A stretch of 64,000 bases of DNA, from assembly GCA_964545245.1 (NCBI GenBank), contig CAZJFC010000002.1, forward strand, positions 1,119-65,118, in the 5' to 3' direction. Shown piece by piece: positions 27,594 through 36,747 of this stretch; the first letter of the stretch is position 1; every line of letters starts with the position of its first letter. Made by a program: the position numbers and the translations under genes. This stretch comes from an uncultured Rickettsiales bacterium (GTDB lineage: Bacteria > Pseudomonadota > Alphaproteobacteria > Rickettsiales > 21-14-0-20-44-7). The notes beneath the pieces are model-generated. The model did no database searches, was not told the origin of the DNA, and was given only the letters and a program-made list of their open reading frames with translations.

Positions 27594-28631
27594 TTATATT
27601 TTATCAATTATAGAAAAATCAGGCTCTTTATAATTCTCTTTCAACCATTCTGTGGATGGCGGGGTGATTTCGTCATTGGTAATTTGACTAAAGGTTTTAA
27701 GGATATTGCTACCTATGAAAAACTCATTGCCATATCGGTCTACAATGCCAAAATCCGCTATTGCAGCACAGTTTTTCCTGCAGCTTATGGCTTCCAGCAA
27801 CACGCCTGAACTCATGGCGACTATAAGGCTGGACGTGTTTATCAGCTCTGTTGTGGTTTTATCGGTGAGTGAAATATTGGTTATTTTTTTGTATTTCTTC
27901 TTTAGCTTGCGGAAAAGTTTTTCATAATGGAATTTGCTGTTATGCGTAGATTTCTCTCTGGGGAAACAACGTGGTTTAATGTAAACTGTGCGGTTGGGAT
28001 ATTTTCCCGCATATTCAAATAATGAGCTCATTATCAGGGCTTTATCCCTTTTCAGGCGCGGAATTTCCGTCTGCTCAAAAAAGGTGACTATGTTGCCCCC
28101 AACTTTTGAATCAGCAATTTGGAGGGGCTTAAAGCGGGCAAATCCGCCATATCCAAATGCGAATTTTTTCACTTTTGGAAATTTAAGCTCGGCCTCATAA
28201 TTTTCATATAGAGCAAGCTCTTTTTCCGTATTGAAAAGAATTGTATCTGACAGGCTGCGGCAGTAAAAACCGCGATATTTGCCATAGGAATTGATACCGG
28301 GGAAAAGTGTAACTATCTGGGGGCGTGAAGGGTCATTACTGAATATCTCCCTGATTCTGGAAGAATATTTAATAAGGTGTTCCCCGCCTGCACCAAGGAA
28401 TATGTGGGAAAACTCCTGCAGATAATGCCGGTTAAAGACCTGTTTTTCCCTTATTACTGAGTAGCCGGAAGAAACCCCTGATTCATGAATCTGCCTTGCG
28501 GAAATTTTTTCCTCTTTAATCAGGGTTATTGCTACCTTAACATTTTTTGAATTGTAATGCCCAATGATGCCCGCAAGGGTAAAAAGATATGAATCGGAAC
28601 GAATGAGGAACAGTATTTTGTCTTTACTCAT
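27594..28631 (-). CDS. Hypothetical protein, candidate glycosyl/sialyl-transferase of the glycan island
   Basis: 346 aa from the ATG at 28631 (MSKDKILFLIRSD). The longer 480-aa ORF is rejected because its first 135 codons are antisense to the ACP gene. AT-rich, and I recognise no signature. The function is guessed from context only. Confidence 0.3.
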   Translation of the reverse strand: MSKDKILFLIRSDSYLFTLAGIIGHYNSKNVKVAITLIKEEKISARQIHESGVSSGYSVIREKQVFNRHYLQEFSHIFLGAGGEHLIKYSSRIREIFSNDPSRPQIVTLFPGINSYGKYRGFYCRSLSDTILFNTEKELALYENYEAELKFPKVKKFAFGYGGFARFKPLQIADSKVGGNIVTFFEQTEIPRLKRDKALIMSSLFEYAGKYPNRTVYIKPRCFPREKSTHNSKFHYEKLFRKLKKKYKKITNISLTDKTTTELINTSSLIVAMSSGVLLEAISCRKNCAAIADFGIVDRYGNEFFIGSNILKTFSQITNDEITPPSTEWLKENYKEPDFSIIDKI

Positions 28632-28680
28632 GCTGGATAATCTAATAATTTTATGGCCTGAGGGAAGATATACTATCAAT

Positions 28681-28968
28681 ATGGCAACAAAAACAGAAGA
28701 AATAATATTCAGCGCAATTGATGAACTGAACCTGATTGTTGAAAACAGGCAAATTGAAAAATCCCTTGATGCTAAATTCATTGCTGAGGGAAGTGAGTTT
28801 GATTCGCTGAAAATCCTGACCTTTATTATGATTCTGGAAGATAAATTGAAAAATTCAGCCAACCTCAGGATTGATTTCGTTTCCGAAGTCAATAATGACG
28901 TAAACAAAGGCGGGTTCCAAACCTTCGGGGATCTGGCAGAATTTATTAATAGCCGCGCTAGGGGGTGA
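28681..28968 (+). CDS. Acyl carrier protein (stand-alone)
   Basis: 95 aa from the ATG at 28681. The phosphopantetheine-attachment context GSEFDSLKILTFIMILEDKL is a DSL motif at the start of helix 2. Confidence 0.7.
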   Translation: MATKTEEIIFSAIDELNLIVENRQIEKSLDAKFIAEGSEFDSLKILTFIMILEDKLKNSANLRIDFVSEVNNDVNKGGFQTFGDLAEFINSRARG

Positions 28969-28971
28969 ATT

Positions 28972-30657
28972 ATGTCCAGGAAGCTATTTATAACGGCAGA
29001 TTTTACGGTTGACCTTCTTAAGCCCTTGCTCAGCAAAAAATTTGGCGGTGATATAGAAATTGAAATTGCTCCCTTTGGCCAGGTTTATCAGGCACTGTCC
29101 GAAAAGGCGGCGGGCGAGAAATCTAAAGGAAACATGCTTGTTTTTAGCCGGATTGAAAATACTTTGCCGTTCTTTCGAAAGGTTATGGAGTTTGACTGGA
29201 TAGATGACAGGCAAGTTGAACAGGAAGCTGAGTTTTTTGCCGGACAAATCCTGAAGGCAGCCGAAAAATCCGGCAGTATCCTTATTTTCTCATGGTTTTT
29301 GCCGCCGGGCTTCCGCGGATATGGTATGGCAGATTATAAGCCGGGGCAGGGAGCCAGATATTTTGTAAACAAAGCTAATAACCTGTTGGCAGAAAAGCTT
29401 TCTGCTGCAAGCAATATATTTATTATCGATAGCGAAAGGCTTTTTGCAAACCTTCCTGTAAAAGCGTCTAATCCTAAATTCTGGTATGCGGGAAAAGTTC
29501 CGTTTACCATTGATTTCCTGAATTTATGCGCGGAGGAAATCCATTCTGCAATTACTGGTATTGAAGGCAAGTCCCGCAGGCTGATCGTGGTTGACCTCGA
29601 TAACACCATGTGGGGAGGGATTTTAGGCGATGTCGGCTGGGAAGGCCTGAAACTTGGCGGGCATGACCATATAGGCGAAGCTTATGCCGATTTCCAGAGG
29701 GGGCTTAAAGCGCTGAATAATCGGGGGGTTCTGCTTACCATTGCCAGCAAGAATTATGAGGAAAACGCGCTTAACGCAATCGACAAACATCCTGAGATGA
29801 TATTGAAGAAAAACAATTTTGCCTCATGGAGGATAAACTGGCAGGACAAGGCGCAGAATATTATTGAAATTGCCAGTGAGGTTAACCTTGGGCTTTCCTC
29901 GGTAGTGTTCATTGACGACAACCCCGCAGAAAGGGGAAGGGTCAAAGAAGCCCTGCCTGAAGTATTGGTTCCTGATTGGCCGGAAGACCCGGCGGATTAT
30001 CTTAGCGCATTAAATGCCCTTACCTGCTTTGATATCCCGGCGGTTAGCGAGGAAGATAAAAAACGCGCTGAAATGTTTGTTGCCGAGCGTGAGCGCAGGA
30101 ATTTGCAGAAAACTTCGATTTCTGAGGAAGACTGGCTGCGTTCAATCGGTATGACGGTGGAGATAGATTCTATTGATGAGTCCAGCAAATCGCGCGTGGC
30201 ACAGCTTTTCAACAAAACGAACCAGTTCAACCTTGCTACCAGAAGGCTGAATGAAAATGAGCTGCTCGGCTGGCTTGATGGCGGAAACCGCTATATGTGG
30301 ACTTTCCGTGTGAGTGATAAATTTGGCGATTCGGGCCTGACGGGAATAATCACCCTTGATATTGATGGTAAGGTTGCGGAAATTAAGGATTTTATCATGA
30401 GTTGCCGCATAATGGGCAGAAGGGTTGAGGAAACCATGCTCGCAACTGCATTACGGATGGCAAAAAACCAAGGGGCAATGCAGACAGTGGCAAAGTTTAT
30501 CAGGACGGAGAGAAACCAGCCCATCTATGATTTTCTGCAGCGTTCAGTGTTAAAGGAAACTTCACCGGGCCATTATTCATGGGATAATGAAAATGATTAT
30601 CCTTTACCTGACTGCATTACCATTACTGAAAAAGTAACACGGGAAAAAGCTGCCTAA
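28972..30657 (+). CDS. FkbH-like HAD-IIIC phosphatase/acyl-ACP loading enzyme
   Basis: HAD motif I VVDLDNTMWGGILGD, then LTIASKN, SWRINWQDKAQNI, VFIDDNPAERGRV, and a C-terminal GNAT-like part (FNKTNQFNLATRR...SCRIMGRRVEE). All are characteristic of the FkbH family. Confidence 0.75.
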   Translation: MSRKLFITADFTVDLLKPLLSKKFGGDIEIEIAPFGQVYQALSEKAAGEKSKGNMLVFSRIENTLPFFRKVMEFDWIDDRQVEQEAEFFAGQILKAAEKSGSILIFSWFLPPGFRGYGMADYKPGQGARYFVNKANNLLAEKLSAASNIFIIDSERLFANLPVKASNPKFWYAGKVPFTIDFLNLCAEEIHSAITGIEGKSRRLIVVDLDNTMWGGILGDVGWEGLKLGGHDHIGEAYADFQRGLKALNNRGVLLTIASKNYEENALNAIDKHPEMILKKNNFASWRINWQDKAQNIIEIASEVNLGLSSVVFIDDNPAERGRVKEALPEVLVPDWPEDPADYLSALNALTCFDIPAVSEEDKKRAEMFVAERERRNLQKTSISEEDWLRSIGMTVEIDSIDESSKSRVAQLFNKTNQFNLATRRLNENELLGWLDGGNRYMWTFRVSDKFGDSGLTGIITLDIDGKVAEIKDFIMSCRIMGRRVEETMLATALRMAKNQGAMQTVAKFIRTERNQPIYDFLQRSVLKETSPGHYSWDNENDYPLPDCITITEKVTREKAA

Positions 30658-31677
30658 ATGAGCGCCGAGATTGAACTTTGCCCTGCGGGATCTGCGCCGC
30701 AGCTTATGAAATTCCTTGATGAAAACTGGCAGAGGGGGCACGTACTTTCGCGTAGCAGAGAGTTGCTTGACTGGCAGCATTTTGACGCAGGGGCAGGATA
30801 CTATAATTATCTTCTTGCAAAGGGAAAAGACGGACAGATTGAAGCCGTACTGGGATTTATTCCAACTGACAGATATGATTCTGTAATTGCGGGTGACTGT
30901 GTTGTTTGGCTTTCTTTATGGAAGACACGCGAAAATTCAGGTAATCCCATGCTTGGATTATTGCTCCTGAAAAGTCTTGAGGTGCGGCGGGACTGGAAAG
31001 CAATCGGCACTCTTGGGGTTAGCGATGTCGCGGCAAAAATATATCGGTTATTGAAATACAAAACCGGGTTTATGAACCATTATTATATTGCAAATCCTGA
31101 TCTGGATAAGTTCAGGATAGCTGTTTTGCCTGAAAAGAAAATTCTCAAGCTGCAAGACGGGATAACTCTAAGAGAAATTACGGGTAAAATACCGGATGTT
31201 GAAATTGAATCAGGACATATTCCCGCAAAAACAAGAGAATTCATTATTAATAGGTATATTAATCATCCATTTTATAACTACTCAGCGTATCTGGCGGAAT
31301 CGGCAGGGCAGAAATTAGTCATGATTATAAGGGAAATTGAAGTGAATGGAGCCACGGTTCTTAGGGTGATTGACTGTATCGGCAATATTGAACTGCTTGC
31401 CAAAGCGGCTGGTCATCTACAGGAACTGGTGGTTGTAAATGATGCAGAATATGTGGATTTAATGGTGGCTGGTGAAGGCGTTAAGGCTGAAATTGGGGAA
31501 TGCTGGTCAGAGTTGGACCATGGTTCCGGCGAGGTAATTATCCCGAATTATTTTGAACCTTTCGTGCAGGAAAATGTTAAAGTGGGTTATGCTTTTAAGC
31601 TTCTGGATAGTGAAGAAACACGGCCATTCCTGCTTTTTAGGGGTGATGCTGATCAAGACCGGCCTAATTTTCTGTAA
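30658..31677 (+). CDS. Hypothetical protein (possible acyl/aminoacyl-transferase partner of ACP-FkbH)
   Basis: 339 aa. The start abuts the fkbH-like stop (TAAATG). I recognise no firm motif, and the function is guessed from context. Confidence 0.25.
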   Translation: MSAEIELCPAGSAPQLMKFLDENWQRGHVLSRSRELLDWQHFDAGAGYYNYLLAKGKDGQIEAVLGFIPTDRYDSVIAGDCVVWLSLWKTRENSGNPMLGLLLLKSLEVRRDWKAIGTLGVSDVAAKIYRLLKYKTGFMNHYYIANPDLDKFRIAVLPEKKILKLQDGITLREITGKIPDVEIESGHIPAKTREFIINRYINHPFYNYSAYLAESAGQKLVMIIREIEVNGATVLRVIDCIGNIELLAKAAGHLQELVVVNDAEYVDLMVAGEGVKAEIGECWSELDHGSGEVIIPNYFEPFVQENVKVGYAFKLLDSEETRPFLLFRGDADQDRPNFL

Positions 31678-31808
31678 CTAGCATTATTTTTATCATCGTC
31701 GGACGGTATTATCAGGAAGCAACATTTGCTATTTCCTGATGAAATGAGTTGGCTAAAACGTTGAGATTCTGTATAAAACCACATTAATCAACTGGCACTG
31801 GGTTACAT

Positions 31809-32849
31809 ATGAAGAGAGAGATTGAAATTGCAGGCAGGAAAATTGGTCCTGAGCATCTGCCGCTGGTTATCGCCGAGATAGGGATTAACCACGAGGGAAG
31901 CCTTGAAACCGCAAAGCAGATGGTTGATTCGGCCAAACGCGCAGGATGTGAAATAATCAAGCATCAGACCCATATCATTGAAGACGAGATGAGTAGTGCC
32001 GCAAAAAAAGTTATTCCCGGCAATGCCGATGTCTCCATTTATGAAATTATGGCAAGATGCGCCCTCAATGAGGAACAGGAGCGTGAGCTTCAGTGTTATG
32101 TGGAATCACAGGGAATGATATTTTTCAGTACCCCATTTTCCAGGGCTGCTGCTGACCGCCTGCGTGGAATGGAGGTTCCGGCATATAAAATTGGCTCTGG
32201 CGAATGTAACAACTATCCACTTCTTGAGCATATTGCCGCTTTTGGCAAACCTGTGATTCTAAGCACCGGCATGAACAGCATGGGGAATGTGCAAAAAGCC
32301 GTAGCAATCTTCCGCAAATACAAAACTCCTTTTGCGCTTATGCATTGCACAAGCATATACCCGACGCCTTATGATAAGATCAGGCTTGGCGCCATGCAGC
32401 AACTGGCCGAAGCTTTTCCGGAAGCTCCTGTCGGATTATCAGACCATTCACTCAGCAATTATCCTTGCCTTGGTGCGGTAGCTCTTGGCGCGTCAATGCT
32501 TGAAAGGCACTATACTGACCACATGCAGAGGCCGGGGCCGGATATCCCGGTTTCAATGGATGAGAAGGCATGTAAGGAGTTAATTGAAGGGGCAAGGGCG
32601 ATCTGGCAATGTCTCGGCGGCACCAAGGAGATATTACCTGAAGAACAGGTCACAATAGATTTTGCCTATGCTACCGTTGTTTCCATAAGGGATATTAAAA
32701 AAGGCGAAAAATTCACGAATGATAACTTATGGGTAAAGCGTCCCGGTACGGGCGAAATATTGGCTGAGAAGTTCAATGAATTGCTGGGCAGGACGGCTGT
32801 GCGTGATATTGCCAATGACGAGCAGATTAAATTAAGTGACGTTTCTTAG
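31809..32849 (+). CDS. neuB: N-acetylneuraminate (nonulosonate) synthase
   Basis: PLVIAEIGINHEGS, IIKHQTH, YKIGSGE, and a C-terminal SAF domain (VSIRDIKKGEKFTNDNLWVKRPGTG). Confidence 0.88.
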   Translation: MKREIEIAGRKIGPEHLPLVIAEIGINHEGSLETAKQMVDSAKRAGCEIIKHQTHIIEDEMSSAAKKVIPGNADVSIYEIMARCALNEEQERELQCYVESQGMIFFSTPFSRAAADRLRGMEVPAYKIGSGECNNYPLLEHIAAFGKPVILSTGMNSMGNVQKAVAIFRKYKTPFALMHCTSIYPTPYDKIRLGAMQQLAEAFPEAPVGLSDHSLSNYPCLGAVALGASMLERHYTDHMQRPGPDIPVSMDEKACKELIEGARAIWQCLGGTKEILPEEQVTIDFAYATVVSIRDIKKGEKFTNDNLWVKRPGTGEILAEKFNELLGRTAVRDIANDEQIKLSDVS

Positions 32850-32859
32850 GCTGGGAGTT

Positions 32860-34038
32860 ATGGGTAGAAAGAAAAAGCGGATATTATTTCTGACGGGAAC
32901 AAGGGCGGATTTTGGAAAAATAAAGTCGCTAATTAAAGCTGTGGAAAATGACGGAAATTTCGACTACAGAATTTTCGTAACAGGCATGCATAACCTGAAA
33001 CTTTACGGGCAGACTGCGGAAGAGGTAGATAAGGCGGGTTTTAAAAATGTCCACCGTCATATAAACCAATTCATCGGGGAGCCAATGGAAATGATATTGG
33101 CCAACACTATTTCCGGGTTGTCGCGTTATGTCCATGAAGAACGCCCCGATATGATAGTTGTTCACGGCGATAGGGTTGAAGCATTGGCTGGTGCGATTGT
33201 CGGCGTAATGCAGAATATTATTGTAGGGCATATTGAAGGCGGGGAACGGTCGGGTACTGTGGATGAACTTATAAGGCATTCAGTATCGAAACTTGCGCAT
33301 CTGCACTTTGTAGCTAATGAAGAAGCCGAAAAAAGGCTCCTGCAAATGGGCGAACTAAGTACGCGGATTTTTATAATCGGTTCTCCTGATATTGATATTA
33401 TGCTTTCGGCGGATTTGCCAGGTATTGATGAAGTCAAGAAGCATTATGATATCGGGTTTGAGAATTATGCAATTGCCATGTTCCATCCTGTAACCACTGA
33501 GCTGGAATCAATGGAGGAAAATGCTCATAATTTTGTGGATGCGCTTATCAAGAGCGGCAAGAAATATGTGGTAATATATCCGAATAATGATGAGGGAACC
33601 AGCTACATATTGAAAGCTTATGACAGATTGAAAGGGCATAGTAATTTTGCGGTGTTTCCTTCTATCAGGTTTGAAAATTTCCTTACCCTGATCAAGAATG
33701 CGGAATTCATGATTGGCAATTCAAGCGCCGGTGTGAGGGAGGCTCCATTTTATGGGCTTCAAAGCATTAATATCGGGACAAGGCAGAACAACCGTTATTT
33801 TGCGGAAAGCATTATAAACTGCCCGTATTCGACAGATTCAATCCTCAAGGCGATAAGAAAAATTAACACTCAACATAGAGCCATACCAGATATGTATTTT
33901 GGTAATGGCAACAGCGCCGGGGAATTCCTGAATGCAATCAAGAACCCTTCAGTGTGGCAGATGTCTATACAGAAGGAATTCTGCGATGTCATATTTGACG
34001 ATGTTGTGGTTTCCCTGAACCAAAGAAGAAAAAAATGA
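32860..34038 (+). CDS. neuC: UDP-N-acetylglucosamine 2-epimerase (hydrolysing)
   Basis: ILFLTGTRADFGKIKSLI, VHGDRVEALAGA and GHIEGGERSGTVDE. I prefer the start at the ATG at 32860, since the ORF-track start at 32836 overlaps the neuB end. Confidence 0.85.
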   Translation: MGRKKKRILFLTGTRADFGKIKSLIKAVENDGNFDYRIFVTGMHNLKLYGQTAEEVDKAGFKNVHRHINQFIGEPMEMILANTISGLSRYVHEERPDMIVVHGDRVEALAGAIVGVMQNIIVGHIEGGERSGTVDELIRHSVSKLAHLHFVANEEAEKRLLQMGELSTRIFIIGSPDIDIMLSADLPGIDEVKKHYDIGFENYAIAMFHPVTTELESMEENAHNFVDALIKSGKKYVVIYPNNDEGTSYILKAYDRLKGHSNFAVFPSIRFENFLTLIKNAEFMIGNSSAGVREAPFYGLQSINIGTRQNNRYFAESIINCPYSTDSILKAIRKINTQHRAIPDMYFGNGNSAGEFLNAIKNPSVWQMSIQKEFCDVIFDDVVVSLNQRRKK

Positions 34039-34718
34039 AATATCTTGCGATAATAACGGCGCGAGGCGGATCAAAAGGATTGCCCGGCAAGAATATTCTT
34101 GAGCTTGCAGGACGTCCGTTGATTGCGTATTCTATCGAAGCGGCAAGGTTATGTAATAGGGTTAATGGCGTATATGTTTCAAGTGATGACGACAGGATAC
34201 TTCAGGTTTCTGTTGATTACGGGGCGAAAGTTATAAAAAGGCCGGCAGAGTTTGCCAGTGATTCTGCCAGCAGTTTTGACGCTGTGGAGCATGTTTTGGA
34301 GCAGTTGCGGGAGCAGGGAATAACCCCGGAGAATATTGTTCTTCTTCAGCCAACCTCGCCGTTAAGGAACGCAGAACATGTTTCGGCGGCAATTAATTTA
34401 TATGAGGAAAGCAAGGCAGATTGCCTTATCAGCGTGTGTGAGGAAGAGCACCACCCATATAAAAGCTTTGTTCTTAGCAAGGAAAAGAAGCTTGAGCCCT
34501 TGTTTGGTGAGGAGTACCTTGCGCGGCCAAGGCAGAATCTTCCGGTAGTATACCGCCAGAACGGGGCCATATACATTATAAGGACTTCGCAATTACTGGC
34601 GGTAAAAGGGTTTTATATTCAGGGCGCTGTGCCGTTTGTTATGAGTTCCCGCGACTCGGTTGATATAGATACGTTTGATGATTTCCGCGGTTGTGAGAGG
34701 ATTTTGTTATCGCACTGA
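34035..34718 (+). CDS. neuA: Acylneuraminate cytidylyltransferase (CMP-sialic acid synthetase)
   Basis: AIITARGGSKGLPGKNI, LLQPTSPLR and YRQNGAIYI. It has an ATGA overlap with neuC. Confidence 0.88.
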   Translation: MKYLAIITARGGSKGLPGKNILELAGRPLIAYSIEAARLCNRVNGVYVSSDDDRILQVSVDYGAKVIKRPAEFASDSASSFDAVEHVLEQLREQGITPENIVLLQPTSPLRNAEHVSAAINLYEESKADCLISVCEEEHHPYKSFVLSKEKKLEPLFGEEYLARPRQNLPVVYRQNGAIYIIRTSQLLAVKGFYIQGAVPFVMSSRDSVDIDTFDDFRGCERILLSH

Positions 34719-34732
34719 ACACCGGGAGATTT

Positions 34733-35599
34733 TTAGTCAGGTCTATAACGTTCATTAAACAGCTCAATTTGTTTTATAAAGTTTTTAGTATCATTAATAA
34801 GGCTGTAAATGTGGAAGTTATAATCCTGACAGGATTGCATAGCAGAAAAATATTTATAAACGTCTTTTGGCAATTGTTTTACTACACCTTCAAACACTTC
34901 AATTTCCATCGAAGGGGATAATTTACTCCAGAATGGAAAAATAATGCTGTGGGTCCTTGCTGTAACCGGGATCAAAGTAACATTGGGTTTGTCAGTAAGA
35001 AGATTAGCCAGAATGCTTTCGCCACCACGGCTTTGCTCTGGATACAGCAGATATGTGAGGATATTCCTGTTATTAATAAGTTTATTAATTTCACCGTATG
35101 TATTGATCATCTCTTTATGAGATGGGTTATCCCAAATCTGGAACAGGGATTTGGGTAAGTAGGTAATGGAATTTGCTTCGTAGAAACTCTTATCTAAGGT
35201 GGTGTATGCAGAGAAAGCGAATACACGAAAATCTACGTCGGGGAACACGGGGGCAAGCTCATGAGAAAAGATAAATGCTCCCATGCAGGATTTGCTGGTG
35301 CCGATAAAATCAATTTGTTCGATGTCGTGTTGAATAATATATTCGGCAAGAAACATGATATTTTCATAGATATTATCTAAATACCAGTCGCCGATAAACT
35401 GCAGGTTATTATCCTTATAACCCTTAAACATATATTTGCTGAAACCCAGTATAACTACTAACTTTTTGCTGTTGGTATCACTGATATTGATTTTAATTTC
35501 TGGGGTAGGTTTATCAGATTTATATACTGATTTTGCTGCAAGGTTGCGCTCAAGACTTATGAAAATATCATTACTGGATTTCTGTGCGGATGATTCCAT
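34733..35599 (-). CDS. Hypothetical protein of the glycan island
   Basis: 288 aa and AT-rich. It is convergent with neuA and overlaps the upstream gene by 1 nt. I recognise no firm motif. Confidence 0.3.
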   Translation of the reverse strand: MESSAQKSSNDIFISLERNLAAKSVYKSDKPTPEIKINISDTNSKKLVVILGFSKYMFKGYKDNNLQFIGDWYLDNIYENIMFLAEYIIQHDIEQIDFIGTSKSCMGAFIFSHELAPVFPDVDFRVFAFSAYTTLDKSFYEANSITYLPKSLFQIWDNPSHKEMINTYGEINKLINNRNILTYLLYPEQSRGGESILANLLTDKPNVTLIPVTARTHSIIFPFWSKLSPSMEIEVFEGVVKQLPKDVYKYFSAMQSCQDYNFHIYSLINDTKNFIKQIELFNERYRPD

Positions 35600-36747
35600 T
35601 ATTTAATACCTGAAAGCATTTCCTTTTTGTTCTTTTTGGTAATTTGCCATAAACGGTCACGTTCTTCATGTATATGTTTCCTGAGTTTATCCTCATGCTT
35701 GATGAAATAATCAAGTCTTTCAATCATTCCATCCACCAGCCTGTCAAGGTTAACGCTCCCGGTCCAGCAAACAGGCGCGCCGAAAACAGGGTGGTTAAAA
35801 TACTCGATCGGCATCGGTTGCCTTATATCATTTGCTGAAAGGAACAGGGTTGGCGTATTGTAAGCCATAAACGGCAGGAATGAGTGCAGCCTTGCGCCGA
35901 AGGCAAATCTGTAGCCATTATACCTGCCGGGCAGGTTGGAGAAATTCTCCCAAATATCGTGGAACAATTTATTGTATTTCTGGTCTGTGGAGAACTCATC
36001 AGATGTGATTATATTGAGGCCATTTTCATCATGGGTTGTACCGTCAAACATATCAATCACATATTTATTGGTATCCATTGGGTGGTTATCAAGAAAATAT
36101 ACTTTTAGCCCCAGGGAGTTAGCATATTCCTTGAACCTGATAAGGGGATGGTTCTTATAGTTGTTTTCAGTCACGGTTTGCGCAAGGGGGAAATTTACCG
36201 CAATCTTATCTTCATAAGATGGCTTTATATCAAACAGGCGGTCAAGAAAAACGGAAGGGCAGGGCTGGAATGCGAATTTATGCACGTCATCGCTGTGGCA
36301 GAACGCCGCAAGCCTTAATATATCCCGCGAACCGCGAAGATAAATTTTCTTTGTCGCGGAAGCAAGTTCGGCAATTATTTTTTCACTGTTTCTGGAGAAA
36401 GGTTTTGAATGCTTGTTGGCATTGAATGGGGTATTGGTTCCGCTTCCAAAACAGAATAAATTTTTTCCTGATTCTTTCCAGCTCTGGATCTTGCTAACCG
36501 TGAGGTGTTTTACAACCAGTTCATCGGGAGTAGTATCGGGTTTATATGAGCCGGATAAAATACCTCCGGGGCCAAGAATGACATTCCTGCTTTTACAGTT
36601 TAGTTTATCTTGCCTTATATGCTGGTGGATTGTTGCCAGCTCTTTCTCAAACAGTTTTTTGAATGTCTGATAAATTAAAACATCACCCGCATTTGAACAG
36701 TTGCCATATACAAGCAGATCCGCCTTTCTTTTTCCTACCAATTTCAT
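35599..36747 (-). CDS. Polysaccharide pyruvyl transferase-like protein
   Basis: 382 aa. The N-terminus LLVYGNCSNAGDVLIYQTFKKLF resembles the PS_pyruv_trans N-terminal GN.GD motif. This is a weak call. Confidence 0.35.
   Translation of the reverse strand: MKLVGKRKADLLVYGNCSNAGDVLIYQTFKKLFEKELATIHQHIRQDKLNCKSRNVILGPGGILSGSYKPDTTPDELVVKHLTVSKIQSWKESGKNLFCFGSGTNTPFNANKHSKPFSRNSEKIIAELASATKKIYLRGSRDILRLAAFCHSDDVHKFAFQPCPSVFLDRLFDIKPSYEDKIAVNFPLAQTVTENNYKNHPLIRFKEYANSLGLKVYFLDNHPMDTNKYVIDMFDGTTHDENGLNIITSDEFSTDQKYNKLFHDIWENFSNLPGRYNGYRFAFGARLHSFLPFMAYNTPTLFLSANDIRQPMPIEYFNHPVFGAPVCWTGSVNLDRLVDGMIERLDYFIKHEDKLRKHIHEERDRLWQITKKNKKEMLSGIK

Noticed and set aside
28632-29036. N-terminal 135 codons of the 480-aa minus-strand ORF (27594..29036).
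   Set aside because: This part is antisense to a well-formed ACP gene (DSL motif) and to the fkbH start. Its sequence is low-complexity and Ser/Leu-rich. An internal ATG at 28631 gives a sensible divergent arrangement.
31711-31740. Hairpin ATCAGGAA-N14-TTCCTGAT between the 339-aa gene and neuB, considered as a terminator or riboswitch.
   Set aside because: It has no T-tract and no recognisable riboswitch consensus. It may be an attenuator or RNA-stability element, but the evidence is too thin to annotate.
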